From the IMG/VR virus record IMGVR_UViG_3300011908_000001, positions 1 to 64,000 of that record: a stretch of DNA of 64,000 nucleotides; one strand, 5' to 3'. A program made the position numbers and the translations under genes. The notes beneath the pieces are model-generated. The model did no database searches and had not been told where the DNA came from. It saw only the letters and a list, made by a program, of their open reading frames with translations. This DNA is from a virus (lineage: Duplodnaviria > Caudoviricetes). Every line of letters starts with the position of its first letter. Within the stretch, counting starts at the first letter, position 1. Below, piece by piece: positions 37,623-47,442 of the stretch.

Positions 37623-37715
37623 AAAAGTTTAGGGGTTTGCACTTGCAAGCTCCTTTTTTATATGCTATAGTAAGGGTGTATTAAAAAACTAAACTAATTT
37701 AAAGGGGTTTTAAAA

Positions 37716-38210
37716 ATGAATAAAAACAACCGTGCCAATCAACTTACTAAAAAGGCTCTTGTCCTTAAGCTTCTGGCAAGTCTACTAATAACCATCGCCC
37801 TATTTACTTCATGTGGGCAGGTGGAGGCAAGCGAGGCAGATAGCACCATCAAAGCCACAAACAACGTTTTCGCAAAGACTTACAGCGTTAAGCTCGACGG
37901 CAAAGACTTTATTCTAGCAATAGGCGAGGAAGATTTTTATAGCTTCATTCCTAAAGCAACCGCTAAAGAATTAAAAATCAAAGCTAACGGCATTTATGAA
38001 GTATACTACACCACTAGAGAATTAAGAGTGTTTGCAAGTGTTGACTACTCTTCTCATATATTTAAAAAGGATAAAAAAGTAAAGTCCTTAGAAAGTTTTG
38101 AGCTTAACTTCACAGAAGAAAACATTGAAGACATTATAAAAGCAGAGACTAACAACTCTTTCGCTTGGCTTCTTGGATTAAAGCCTTATGGAAAGATGGA
38201 AACAATATAG
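37716..38210 (+). CDS. Putative lipoprotein / exported protein
   Basis: Basic N-terminus, hydrophobic core, then LFTSC; own terminator-promoter (TTGCAA-17-TATAGT, 37643-37671). Confidence 0.65.
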   Translation: MNKNNRANQLTKKALVLKLLASLLITIALFTSCGQVEASEADSTIKATNNVFAKTYSVKLDGKDFILAIGEEDFYSFIPKATAKELKIKANGIYEVYYTTRELRVFASVDYSSHIFKKDKKVKSLESFELNFTEENIEDIIKAETNNSFAWLLGLKPYGKMETI

Positions 38211-38216
38211 GTATTA

Positions 38217-38244
38217 AGAGGGGCGTTTGATACGCCTCTTTTTT
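38217..38244 (+). terminator. Terminator ending the putative early block
   Basis: GAGGGGCGT-TTGAT-ACGCCTCTT followed by a T run. Confidence 0.8.
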
Positions 38245-39470
38245 GTGCATTCAAAAGGACTTACCAAGTGTGTTAGATATGAGTCGTAAGATGTGAGGCG
38301 TGGCAATGGTGGCAGTGGTGGCGTTGGTTAAATGTGTGGCGTGGCGTGCCTTCTTATCAAGTAAACAAGAGGCGTTCCCAACCCTTCACCATACCCTCAC
38401 AAGAAGCCCCACAACAAGGGGCACAAGGCTTCCCACACGGTCACCATAAGGGGCGTTATACAACACTCATAACAAGAAGATACAACAGACTACACAAGAG
38501 GACTACACAAGAAGCACATTAAAAAGCCTTATATAAAAGATAATGGTGATAAAGCTTTGGAGAAGTCCTATCATAATGGAATGGTAGTGGTGTAGGCTAG
38601 GCTTGTGACAGACCTCTATCCTACCTACTATATTAGATCATATCAAGAAGCCCTTACAGAGGACGAGAAGCCCCTTTAAAGTGATAGGGAAGTATCTTAT
38701 AATAGTATTATAAAGGTGTGAGAGTGTGCCTTTTGTAATACTTAATAGCACCCCTTATTTAAAAGCCTCTTAACATTCTTTGCGAATACATTTTTCAAAG
38801 GGGGTAAACTTTGGCAGGGGCTTTATAATGGTGGGGTATTGATTGGCGGGGGCAAAGTTGTGGGAGATAGCTTTCATGTAGCCTTTTGATATTCTGAAAA
38901 GGTATTGTAGAATCTTAACACACCGTTCCAATCTATTCAGAAGGTATTCAAAATGATAGTGAACCATGGTCAAAGATATGTAAAACACTATAGGGGGTGA
39001 CGGCAGAGGCGCTGGCAATACTTCACACAAGATATCCCACTACCTTTTTAAAGGAAGCTGGACGGCTTTGTGTGTCTGCCTTGTTGATAAGCTACGACAA
39101 GAAGCCTATCATATCCACTTACTTATAGTCAGTTTACATAATGTGTATTATACAAAGTAGATTGATAACATTAAGAAGCCTTGCTACCTAGTTGTCACGG
39201 TGTCAACACACCACACACAAGCCAAGTAACAAGGCAATAACGAACGCTATTCAATGAAGCAGTAGGCACAGCCCTCACACACCGCCACACACCACCGTCA
39301 CAGAGGCATGATGAAAGAGTCGAAGCATAACAGAACGAAGCCGGCGGTAAGGGTGGCTATAACTTATAAAAATCCTAGAAGCCCCCTGCACACCCAGCCT
39401 CCCACAAATTTCGGATTTTCCTAAAAGGGGTCTCGAATTTTATTTTTGGTATTTTTCCCTATTGGCTCAA
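38245..39470. other. ~1.2-kb non-coding convergence region with GTGGCG and CAC-rich motifs
   Basis: Only low-complexity short ORFs; GTGTGGCGTGGCGTG near 38334 and CACACCGCCACACCACC near 39277. Confidence 0.45.
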
Positions 39471-39478
39471 AAAAGGAG

Positions 39479-40445
39479 TCATGAGTATTTTACAATAATA
39501 TCCAACACCTCATCAACGGATTCTTTGTAAGAGTTAGAAATTATGCCATTGTAAGGGATGTGATAAAGAAAAAAACCGTTGTTAACCGCATATTCTATCT
39601 TTCTTAGGTCGTGCCTACGTTGGGTAGCGAATTTATCAACGGCTTTTTCATAGCTCATATGCCCCATTGTAGACGGTCTGTAATGTTGGGAGCCGTTTAT
39701 CTCCACTAAGAAATTTCCTACTTTGAAATCGTAAGAAAGGTTTCCCCCACCAACCCCTAAAAGACCTTTAAAACGAGCGCTAGTTTCCACCGGCAAGCCA
39801 AGTTTTAATGACTCTTCAAGGAAATACTTCTCACCGTACGAAACATGACAACCACAAATACTACAGCCGTGGGATTCCCCCTTTCGGTGTCTTTTTATAG
39901 TCCACCTATTCCCACATTCACATACTAGGTCTAAAGGGTGATTAGCTCCTAAATATATTGAAGCCACCTTGATAGTTCCTCCATGATAAGTATCCAACTC
40001 TTCTTGAATACGCTGCTGGCGTTTAACAGCTGTACATTTATGGCAGTCAGCATATCCTGAGATAGCTACGCTCATGTTGTACTCTTCTAGGTGACCCTCT
40101 TTACAGATGGCGGTGAAGTTTTTTTGAGATACTTGGGGGCATCTCTTTTATACACTTCATCCAATGGTTTTTACAAAGAACCTTCGATATAGCCTCTTTT
40201 AAAGACCTATCTTTTTCATACTCTTTAATTCTTTGCTTTTCAACACCATTAACCCTCTTTTTTTCTAACTTGCACTCAAGGCAGTTAATGTTTTTGTAGC
40301 TCCTTGGCTCTCTCCAATGGGTATGACCTTTTTCACACTGATATTTAGCAGGGAAAGAAGACCCATTAAAATCGCTTACTAAGGTGAACCCTCTATCTTT
40401 AATGTACTCATTGTGTTTTTCTGATGGTTTTATACGCCTAACCAA
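39479..40445 (-). pseudogene. Zn-ribbon repeat plus PD-(D/E)xK (vsr-like) homing endonuclease split by a one-base frameshift
   Basis: ORFs 40101-40496 and 39479-40075 join if the T7 run at 40119-40125 is T6 (...ISKNFTAICKEGH...). C-terminal SYGEK..YDF..EINGSQHY; TTG start at 40445 after AGGAGGAGG. Confidence 0.7.
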
Positions 40446-40641
40446 TGTGTAGAACCTCCTCCTCCTAAGCATCAGAACCGGCGTTAACCACGCCATTTGG
40501 TATCTTCTCTATGCTGCTTGTTTTTACGCCTTAGTTGCCAGCTGATTAAAAGATTACCAAGGATCACCCCACACATGGTGGATAATAATATGGTCAAAGC
40601 TTCCACAACGCCACCTCCGATCACCTTTATTAACATACCTT

Positions 40642-40678
40642 ATTATAGCATAAAAAAGAGGCTTTGTCAAGCCCCTCT
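40642..40678 (-). promoter_or_regulatory. Overlapping terminator and sigmaA promoter (- strand)
   Basis: AGAGGGGC-TTGACAAA-GCCTCT-TTTT; TTGACA-17-TATAAT. Confidence 0.8.
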
Positions 40679-40715
40679 TAAAACTATTTATTACTTATCT
40701 CACACATCATCCTGC

Positions 40716-41228
40716 TTATACCTGTTTCTGAGACCATTTAGAAAATACTTCTAGGACTTGGGCGAACTCTCCCTGAGACAGCTTTTCGTAGGCATTGACC
40801 ATGTCTTGTGTTCTCCCACTTTCTAGATCACCAACGGCTGTCATATTGACGTAAAAGTATAAATTACTTAGAACTGATTTAAAATACGAGTCAATGTGCT
40901 CTTCTTTCAACCACTCCAACACGATTTTCTGGTTGTCGTCTAACTGTGATTGCTGACTGGTCACCTCATACGTTTTCTCGAAAATATCTGGCTTACATGG
41001 ATAAATCTCTCCTTCTACCCCTCTAATAATGTAGTCACCTGTTTTAGCAACCATTATCCCTTCTAAAGTTTTTATTTCACACCATGCATCTTGCGGATAA
41101 TTTTTACCGAAATTATAGGTAATAATTCTGTTTTCTGATACAGCATCCCAAAACCATTCTTCCCCTATAAGCCCTCTTGAATTTAATTTAAAAGCTTCAA
41201 TAACTACTGGTTTCTTTCTGTATTTCAT
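40716..41228 (-). CDS. Conserved phage hypothetical protein (start reassigned to 41228)
   Basis: MKYRKKPVVIEAF...IKTLEG...GDYIIRGVEGEIYPCKPDIFEKTYE. Confidence 0.8.
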   Translation of the reverse strand: MKYRKKPVVIEAFKLNSRGLIGEEWFWDAVSENRIITYNFGKNYPQDAWCEIKTLEGIMVAKTGDYIIRGVEGEIYPCKPDIFEKTYEVTSQQSQLDDNQKIVLEWLKEEHIDSYFKSVLSNLYFYVNMTAVGDLESGRTQDMVNAYEKLSQGEFAQVLEVFSKWSQKQV

Positions 41229-41782
41229 CCTTCCACCACCTCGTCCACCGGCACGGCAAACGCCCACAGGTTATCACCTGCTGATTTTATTTCTTTTTCT
41301 GTTAAAAAGTAACGATACCCAAATACATTATCTGTAGTTGTCAATGTTGTAATAATTTCATCGTCACCATCTCCCTCGTCAATGACCAGATGATACTTAA
41401 TGTTAAGATTAATTGTAACTGTATACAACGGCTCTTTCTCAACCTCGTAGCCATTAACCCATGCCTTCATAAGAGCTGTTGGATTGGCTAATGCCCACGC
41501 TACTCTTGGACTTTCATCACCTTCGCTTGGAAAGCTGTAATACCAGTCGTGATAAGTAACCACTACACTGTGTGCATCAACGCCGAATTTATTCCAGTCA
41601 TCAAGCATGTTGGCAACATCTTTTGGTACGAGCTGCTTGCGAACTTTGGCAGTATCCTGTGGTATTTCATTAAAATCATAAACAAACTGTGTCAAGTCCT
41701 CCACCAGCTCATTATATGATCCAGTAGAATAGTATCTGTCTATAATGCTACGTACCTCTTTTTTAAGTTCTTCTTTATTCAT
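41225..41782 (-). CDS. DUF1642-like phage protein
   Basis: LVPKDVANMLD...LMKAWVNGYEVEKEPLYTV...FTEKEI-like tail. Confidence 0.7.
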   Translation of the reverse strand: MNKEELKKEVRSIIDRYYSTGSYNELVEDLTQFVYDFNEIPQDTAKVRKQLVPKDVANMLDDWNKFGVDAHSVVVTYHDWYYSFPSEGDESPRVAWALANPTALMKAWVNGYEVEKEPLYTVTINLNIKYHLVIDEGDGDDEIITTLTTTDNVFGYRYFLTEKEIKSAGDNLWAFAVPVDEVVEG

Positions 41783-42239
41783 TTACACCATCCTCCATGA
41801 CTTCTTTGATAAACCCCTCAATATCCTTAACCTGCTGGGAAGTCCACTCAAGCGATCTCTTACTCTTCTCAACCCGTTCCTCTGCTTCTTTCAATTCCTT
41901 TTGGTGCTCTTCAACAAGGCTTTTCATACGGTCTAACTCAGATACCAGAGGAGCCACTGCCTTAGCCTTTTCAACAGGGTCAGTAACGGCTTTACGAACG
42001 TCTGCCTCATACTCATTGATAAAGTCCTCTTCATAAGGTACTAAAGCCTCAATCAGCTCTTTAGAGGCGATGAACCCGTCGGAGATGTTGTCTTGCCAAG
42101 CACGCAGTCGAAGAAACTCGATGTCCTCTCCATTGGAAGCACGACCCTCTAACACGTCATATAGGTAGCCTACTTTCAGCCCCTCTATTTCTTCTTTTAC
42201 CATCACACCTTGGGTTTTACTAAGATCGTTAAAATTCAT
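41775..42239 (-). CDS. Hypothetical protein with C-terminal coiled coil
   Basis: RBS AAGGAGG. Confidence 0.7.
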   Translation of the reverse strand: MNFNDLSKTQGVMVKEEIEGLKVGYLYDVLEGRASNGEDIEFLRLRAWQDNISDGFIASKELIEALVPYEEDFINEYEADVRKAVTDPVEKAKAVAPLVSELDRMKSLVEEHQKELKEAEERVEKSKRSLEWTSQQVKDIEGFIKEVMEDGVNE

Positions 42240-42529
42240 TAAAATTCCTCCTTATCTGAGTCCAATAAAACAGCCTTGTCGGCGGTTAACAGTATCCTTT
42301 CGATATAGCCTTCCGCCCTCTCTAAGCTGTCGAAATACTGTAAATAATACCTGCTAGGAAACCCCCTGTGAGGGGTCACCTTAACAATGTATTTAAACCT
42401 CTTCATAATCCCACCACACTACGTCACAGTCGTCCTCATATTTCAGGCAAGTGGCTTCCAAGTCCTCTTCATTTACCAACTCGGTTCCTACAACGCCGTC
42501 ATACAGCTCGTAGCTAAACTTGTACATAG

Positions 42530-42904
42530 TCATAATGTGTTAACCCCTTCCTTAAAGCCTTCTAAATAGGCGATCGTCTCGTTGACAGTCCACCCATAGT
42601 TCTTAATGGCTTCGATAAGCTTGTCTACGTCAATAGAAGTACCCTCATCAGCGGCGTTCTCAAGGGCTTTGCCCCCAGTGCTTGCTACTACCTCCACTTG
42701 GCGAGGCTCCAACCACCATCTCCCAAAATCTGCTGAGTCAATTACTAGGTCTCCATCCTTGTCAATGGACGTGACCTCATAAACTTCCCCTACTTTCACA
42801 ATTCCCCTATCCGAAGGAGTAGCGTGTACAACCTTTACAAGGTCACCTTCATAGAATTTTCTACAATCTTCTACCATCCCTAGTTTATCGCCTTTTTTAA
42901 ACAT
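42530..42904 (-). CDS. Hypothetical protein (FKxGD family; start reassigned to 42904)
   Basis: RBS GGAGG; MFKKGDK..KFYEGDLVKV; promoter at 42934-42963. Confidence 0.7.
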   Translation of the reverse strand: MFKKGDKLGMVEDCRKFYEGDLVKVVHATPSDRGIVKVGEVYEVTSIDKDGDLVIDSADFGRWWLEPRQVEVVASTGGKALENAADEGTSIDVDKLIEAIKNYGWTVNETIAYLEGFKEGVNTL

Positions 42905-42974
42905 ACTAAAACCTCCAATTAATTTATAAACTAAGTATAACCCCTGAACAGGTTTTCTGTCAAGCCTTAAATAC

Positions 42975-43232
42975 AAAAAAGCACTCCCCAGCTAGCTAAA
43001 CTAGAGAATGCTTCGACGGCTGTTTGCAACGCTGTGCACTGCGTTCAAGTGGTGAGGCGCCACCTCTTAGCGCTTTTAAAGGTATCCACTCATTAGGCAC
43101 ATAACCCTTGCCTGATCCCCATTATTTATTTAGCGGATGAGGACACCCCTGCTTTAAGTGCTTCATACTGGCATAATTCACACAACCCTACAGTACCCTG
43201 TTGGCTAGGACATATAGGGTAACCAACTGTAT
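42975..43232 (-). ncRNA. Candidate ~260-nt structured small RNA
   Basis: Promoter TTGACA-17-TATAAT (43239-43267), terminator hairpin plus T6 (42975-43012), extensive stems, no RBS-led ORF. Confidence 0.55.
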
Positions 43233-43263
43233 GAGACTATTATATCATATAATGGAGTTTTTG

Positions 43264-43479
43264 TCAACCATTAGTTACTTTAATAAACTTAATTAAGCCT
43301 CTATCCAAGATATTGAAGTAGGATGCTCCATTAGAGGACGGTATTTCAAGGAAACGTGTGTCTTGCTTGTCTAACTCGTTGCGTACATACTGTTTGGCAG
43401 AATCATATCCTTGGTAAGTAACCGTGTTGACAGTACCATCTGAAAAGTACGTGTCAATATATCCTAAACTCTTATACAT
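43264..43479 (-). CDS. Hypothetical protein
   Basis: RBS AAAGGAGG upstream. Confidence 0.6.
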   Translation of the reverse strand: MYKSLGYIDTYFSDGTVNTVTYQGYDSAKQYVRNELDKQDTRFLEIPSSNGASYFNILDRGLIKFIKVTNG

Positions 43480-43797
43480 AGCTATTCGTCCTCCTTTGTA
43501 AAGGCGTATACAGCGCCCTCCCCATACTTCTCTTTCACCAACTCGTCGATCTGCTGTTCAGCAACTTCTTGGTCATGGCTGCCAAAGGCGCTGAGAACGT
43601 CTAAGTCCCCTGACTCATTGCTGATTAATACAATATACTTACAATCGTTTCTCACTTGCCTTCCTCCTTTAGACTTTCTAACACCTTTTCAATGTCTTCT
43701 ACAAAGACTACTTGGTCGTAAGGATAATAGTTCTCGAAAGCTGTCTTCAATTCTAATCGATTCTCTCTAATAAGCTCTGCTAACTTCTCACTGGGTT

Positions 43798-44181
43798 TTA
43801 GCATATTGCACCCATAACCGTTCTAATGCAATCAGCCCCAGTTATAAGTCGTTCTCTGGTAGCTTCTACCTCTAACTCGACAGTAAAATTATCCCCTGAG
43901 ACAATATTAACAACTGTCCCTTCTTTATGCAGTCTCCCACCAATCGTTTTAATGTCCCTGTCAAGCACACAATAAGACTCTCCTAAATAAGACATCACAC
44001 GTTTGGCTTCTTCAAGGTGTTCAATAAGTGAACAAAGCTCGTGATATTCCATAGTAAGTTCCAAGCACTCTTCCTCACCATATATACCTAATAAAGTAGC
44101 TTCTTTATTGCCGGTTAGCTCGATGTTCCACTCATTCAAAATACCCATCGAATTGACTACAAATGAATTTTTTGATTCCAT
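43798..44181 (-). CDS. Hypothetical protein
   Basis: RBS GGGAGGG. Confidence 0.65.
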   Translation of the reverse strand: MESKNSFVVNSMGILNEWNIELTGNKEATLLGIYGEEECLELTMEYHELCSLIEHLEEAKRVMSYLGESYCVLDRDIKTIGGRLHKEGTVVNIVSGDNFTVELEVEATRERLITGADCIRTVMGAIC

Positions 44182-44192
44182 TATAACCCTCC

Positions 44193-44591
44193 CTAGTTTT
44201 CTGGTTTAATTACCATTGGGTAGCCTAGTAATTGTTGAATAGCCGACCCTTCTGACATGTTAACAAATCCCGTAAATTCGCCATGCTGTGCCTTTTCATA
44301 AAACCAGTTTCTAAATTGGAATAAGAAACTACCCATTTCATACCCTTCGGTAGAGTTGTATTCTTTAAGCATGGAGACGGGTACTTCTACCTCTTCATCC
44401 ATGTACCATTTACCAGATTTCTTAAAATAGCTTACCAATACTTTCAGAGGTTCATCCTCTGGTATTCCGTCTACAAAACTAAGCTTCTCAAAGTCAATCT
44501 CAGCGGACTGCTCATCAGCCTCTTCAAACAAAGCATCCAATACATCATTAAGTTCTTCGGGAGTTCCCTCCATAGTTATGTTGATTTTCAT
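44193..44591 (-). CDS. Hypothetical acidic protein
   Basis: RBS AAGGAGG; promoter TTGACA-18-TATAGT at 44642-44671. Confidence 0.7.
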   Translation of the reverse strand: MKINITMEGTPEELNDVLDALFEEADEQSAEIDFEKLSFVDGIPEDEPLKVLVSYFKKSGKWYMDEEVEVPVSMLKEYNSTEGYEMGSFLFQFRNWFYEKAQHGEFTGFVNMSEGSAIQQLLGYPMVIKPEN

Positions 44592-44683
44592 TCTTCATCC
44601 TCCTTAGCCAGCGGCGTTCCCCACTGCTTTATTATGTATTTACTATACCACCTAAAGGGGGTTTATGTCAATATCTTTTTAAC

Positions 44684-44713
44684 AAAAAAAAGACGTTCTT
44701 TCGAACGCCTCTG
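44684..44713 (-). terminator. Terminator (- strand)
   Basis: AGAGGCGTTC-GAAA-GAACGTCTT followed by a T run on the - strand. Confidence 0.8.
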
Positions 44714-44719
44714 TAAATG

Positions 44720-45553
44720 CTATTGAAATACATGTAGTAAATCTCTCTCTAGCTTATCAACCGTCTGTAAATCTTCCTGATATTGCTGATAGCTATCCTC
44801 TACTAATCCTTTGTACAATTTAAGCTCTTTGCGAGTCTTAACATACTTCTCTAGCTTATCAATGTCAAGTTCCTCTAAAAAGTCTAATGTAGGCTTAATA
44901 TGGAGCTCTTTATGGTCATTGGCGATGAAACACCCTAAGCGTTTACCGTTAATAAATACTTCCAACGGGTTGTTCTCAACCTCAACAGGTCTCATGATCT
45001 TAGGGTGGGCTGGTCGAAAGGCTAATCTAATAGATGATTTACTTACATACTGACCGTCCGAACCGGCACCGTCGATATTAACGCTGTTACCAAGTATATC
45101 AAGCACCTCCGTATAATCACCTTTTTTGTAAAGCTCTTTTGAACCTTTTTTATAAGCATAAGAAGGATTATCGAGTATTTCTACGATGTCGCCTACTTTA
45201 AAATCCTCTTTAGAGTGGTGGTAAACTAAATTTGATTTATGGAAAGGTACCCATAAGATAGTTCCAAATTTATCCATTACCACCCCACATAAAAGATTTT
45301 CTGCGGATAATTGAATTACTGCTACCCTGCCATATCCAAAATCTCCCTCGATGTAGTCGCCTACCTTGATTTCTGCCGGTACGAAGAGGCTTTCTGAATA
45401 CCCACAAATATCATTAACGTTGTTAATCACCTCTAGGTCATCTGAGTACGCATCATGTTTAACCACTTTGTAGTAGCCACCCTTTTTAATATCGTTCCAA
45501 TACAAGGGATCAATACATTTGACAATATCACCTTTTTTAAAATAGCTGTTCAT
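44720..45553 (-). CDS. Hypothetical protein with repeated FKxGD modules and C-terminal coiled coil
   Basis: YFKKGDIVKC, IKVGDYIE, DFKVGDIVEI. Confidence 0.7.
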   Translation of the reverse strand: MNSYFKKGDIVKCIDPLYWNDIKKGGYYKVVKHDAYSDDLEVINNVNDICGYSESLFVPAEIKVGDYIEGDFGYGRVAVIQLSAENLLCGVVMDKFGTILWVPFHKSNLVYHHSKEDFKVGDIVEILDNPSYAYKKGSKELYKKGDYTEVLDILGNSVNIDGAGSDGQYVSKSSIRLAFRPAHPKIMRPVEVENNPLEVFINGKRLGCFIANDHKELHIKPTLDFLEELDIDKLEKYVKTRKELKLYKGLVEDSYQQYQEDLQTVDKLERDLLHVFQ

Positions 45554-45568
45554 CTACTGTTTCCTCCT

Positions 45569-45811
45569 TTAATATAGCCATTCATACCCAAAGTCTAGGA
45601 GAACGTCCTCCTCAAAGGGTTGGGCTCTCCATAACTCCGTGTCAAGGTATGCTAACTCATCATTAATAAACTTCTTCCACTCTTGCTTATCTACTCGCCT
45701 TTGGTAGCGCCGCTGCTCAACCTTTAGCTTAGGGTCAAGCTTCCCTGTATAATATGAATAGTCCCAGTCAATATACTTGTACCTAGCCTTAATGTAATCG
45801 CTGTATCCCAT
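45569..45811 (-). CDS. Hypothetical protein
   Basis: 80-aa ORF in the - strand block. Confidence 0.55.
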   Translation of the reverse strand: MGYSDYIKARYKYIDWDYSYYTGKLDPKLKVEQRRYQRRVDKQEWKKFINDELAYLDTELWRAQPFEEDVLLDFGYEWLY

Positions 45812-45868
45812 GTCTATCAAATCCTTCCGAAAGGTTATAGTTCCTTTGAAGAAGAGTTTACCAGAGGG

Positions 45869-46201
45869 CTATCTTACAAACATTTGGTTAAAGCTTTTGA
45901 TAGCTGCCTCGTCATATACATCTAAAGCATACCCTCTAGGATTTAACAACTCAACTTCACGAAACATTCGATTCTCTTTGCTAGAGGCTACCTCAAGTGA
46001 GGCAACAAGTGTTAGAGGGTTAATATCGTTCTGGTGGTAAAGCAAAATGCTTTCTCCTAGGGCATTTTCATCACTACTTCCTAAGACCATTAGAAAGTCT
46101 TTAACTTCTCCCAAGTCATTCAGAACAAGAAGAGGTTCAACGACCTCTCCCTCCCACTGGAAATCTTGTACACGGCTTACTAACCAGTAATCGTTACCCA
46201 T
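45869..46201 (-). CDS. Hypothetical protein
   Basis: Coupled to the upstream gene (TAATG). Confidence 0.65.
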   Translation of the reverse strand: MGNDYWLVSRVQDFQWEGEVVEPLLVLNDLGEVKDFLMVLGSSDENALGESILLYHQNDINPLTLVASLEVASSKENRMFREVELLNPRGYALDVYDEAAIKSFNQMFVR

Positions 46202-46737
46202 TATAAGGTACCTCCAACAGGCAGAATGAAACGACCTCCAAGAGGCTGCTCAACGTATGAGATAGAGGCATTGGTAAACTCCTCACTACGCTTACTAAAG
46301 TCACTATCAGCTTGAGAACGTAGAATGTAACGTCTCAGGTTAAGGAAGTCTAAGTATTCACTCTGTGTGAACACCTCGCAAACATCTCTAACTGATACTC
46401 CGTCGGCTTTTTCTTCTACCACTTCTTCAAGGGAGTTGGTGTATCCCATAATAAACTGGTACGTATCTGGTTCAATAGATGTTAGAGGACTCTTGATAGC
46501 CTCTACAATGTCCATTTCATTGACTACCAAGTCTGGGATATCCCCTTTGCCAACAGCCTTCAAAAAGGCAATGCGGTCAGAGGGGTTACCATGCGCCATG
46601 TAAACAGCCTCAATTACGGGGGCTGTCTGGTCAGCTTTGTAAAGCTCTAAGTCCACATCTACTTTAAGGTACCGTACAAGTACTTTAGCACCTTTGTCTA
46701 CATTGCTAAAATTAGCTTCCATCTCGTATTCCTCCAA
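46201..46737 (-). CDS. Hypothetical acidic protein
   Basis: Promoter TTGACA-18-TAAGAT at 46753-46782. Confidence 0.65.
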   Translation of the reverse strand: MEEYEMEANFSNVDKGAKVLVRYLKVDVDLELYKADQTAPVIEAVYMAHGNPSDRIAFLKAVGKGDIPDLVVNEMDIVEAIKSPLTSIEPDTYQFIMGYTNSLEEVVEEKADGVSVRDVCEVFTQSEYLDFLNLRRYILRSQADSDFSKRSEEFTNASISYVEQPLGGRFILPVGGTL

Positions 46738-46812
46738 TCATTTGATAAAACCATCTTACCACGCCATCTGTGAAACTGTCAAGCATTTTTTGCTCCGCAA
46801 TTTAAAAGTATT

Positions 46813-47033
46813 AAAAAAGCCCCTACGCCAAAACTGACATAGAGACTCCCTCAGGATCACCATTAGTATTACTTATACAAGGATTTTATCAATCTTTCTT
46901 AACGCCGTTTATCAAAGGCTTCTTATAAGCATCTTGTATCAGAGGTGGTTAAGCATCTGTTAGTAATGGAAAGTCTATGTTAACGAGCGAAGCTCGTAGC
47001 GAACAAAGTTCGCTTAATAAGAACCTTTCCTTA
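46813..47033 (-). ncRNA. Candidate ~220-nt small RNA
   Basis: Promoter TTGCAT-17-TATAAT (47039-47067); terminator GTCTCTATGTCA-GTTT-TGGCGTAGGGGC-T6 (46813-46846); no ORF. Confidence 0.5.
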
Positions 47034-47147
47034 AGTGCATTATAACATCTTTTGGAAAGTCATGCAAGCATTAGAACGGTATATTAGAAAATTCTAATCT
47101 ATTCTTATAACTTTCTTAAACATTAGTAAGCTGGAAGCCCTTTTTAA

Positions 47148-47426
47148 CTAATCCACCCGTTTGAATCTACCATCTTTAATGGCTTGTCCTAGCTCTTCTG
47201 CAAAGATAATCTCTTGGTCAGGGGTGAATAAAGCGAACTTCTCAGCTAGTGGCATAAGTATTTCGTAAACTTTAGGGTAAACTTCTCCTTCCGGAGTGTA
47301 AGGTAAATCTACGAGGATGTAGAAGATGGAAGAAACATAAGTTACCCCCTCCTTAAAAAAGTCAATCTCCTTTACAGCCTTTTCCAAGTCGTTAATAAAT
47401 TGTTCCATTTCAATAGTTGTATTCAT
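47148..47426 (-). CDS. Hypothetical protein
   Basis: RBS AGGAGG. Confidence 0.7.
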   Translation of the reverse strand: MNTTIEMEQFINDLEKAVKEIDFFKEGVTYVSSIFYILVDLPYTPEGEVYPKVYEILMPLAEKFALFTPDQEIIFAEELGQAIKDGRFKRVD

Positions 47427-47442
47427 AGTACCCTCCTAAATT

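Larger units (their letters stand above)
34743..37721 (+). repeat. Five identical 21-nt translation-start cassettes AAAGGGGTTTTAAAAATGAAT
   Basis: Copies at 34743, 36073, 36528, 36803 and 37701, each at the start of a different gene. Confidence 0.92.

Noticed and set aside
38334-39030. ORFs 38334-38522 (+) and 38770-39030 (-)
   Set aside because: No RBS, atypical composition, and 38334 lies after the early-block terminator; treated as non-coding.
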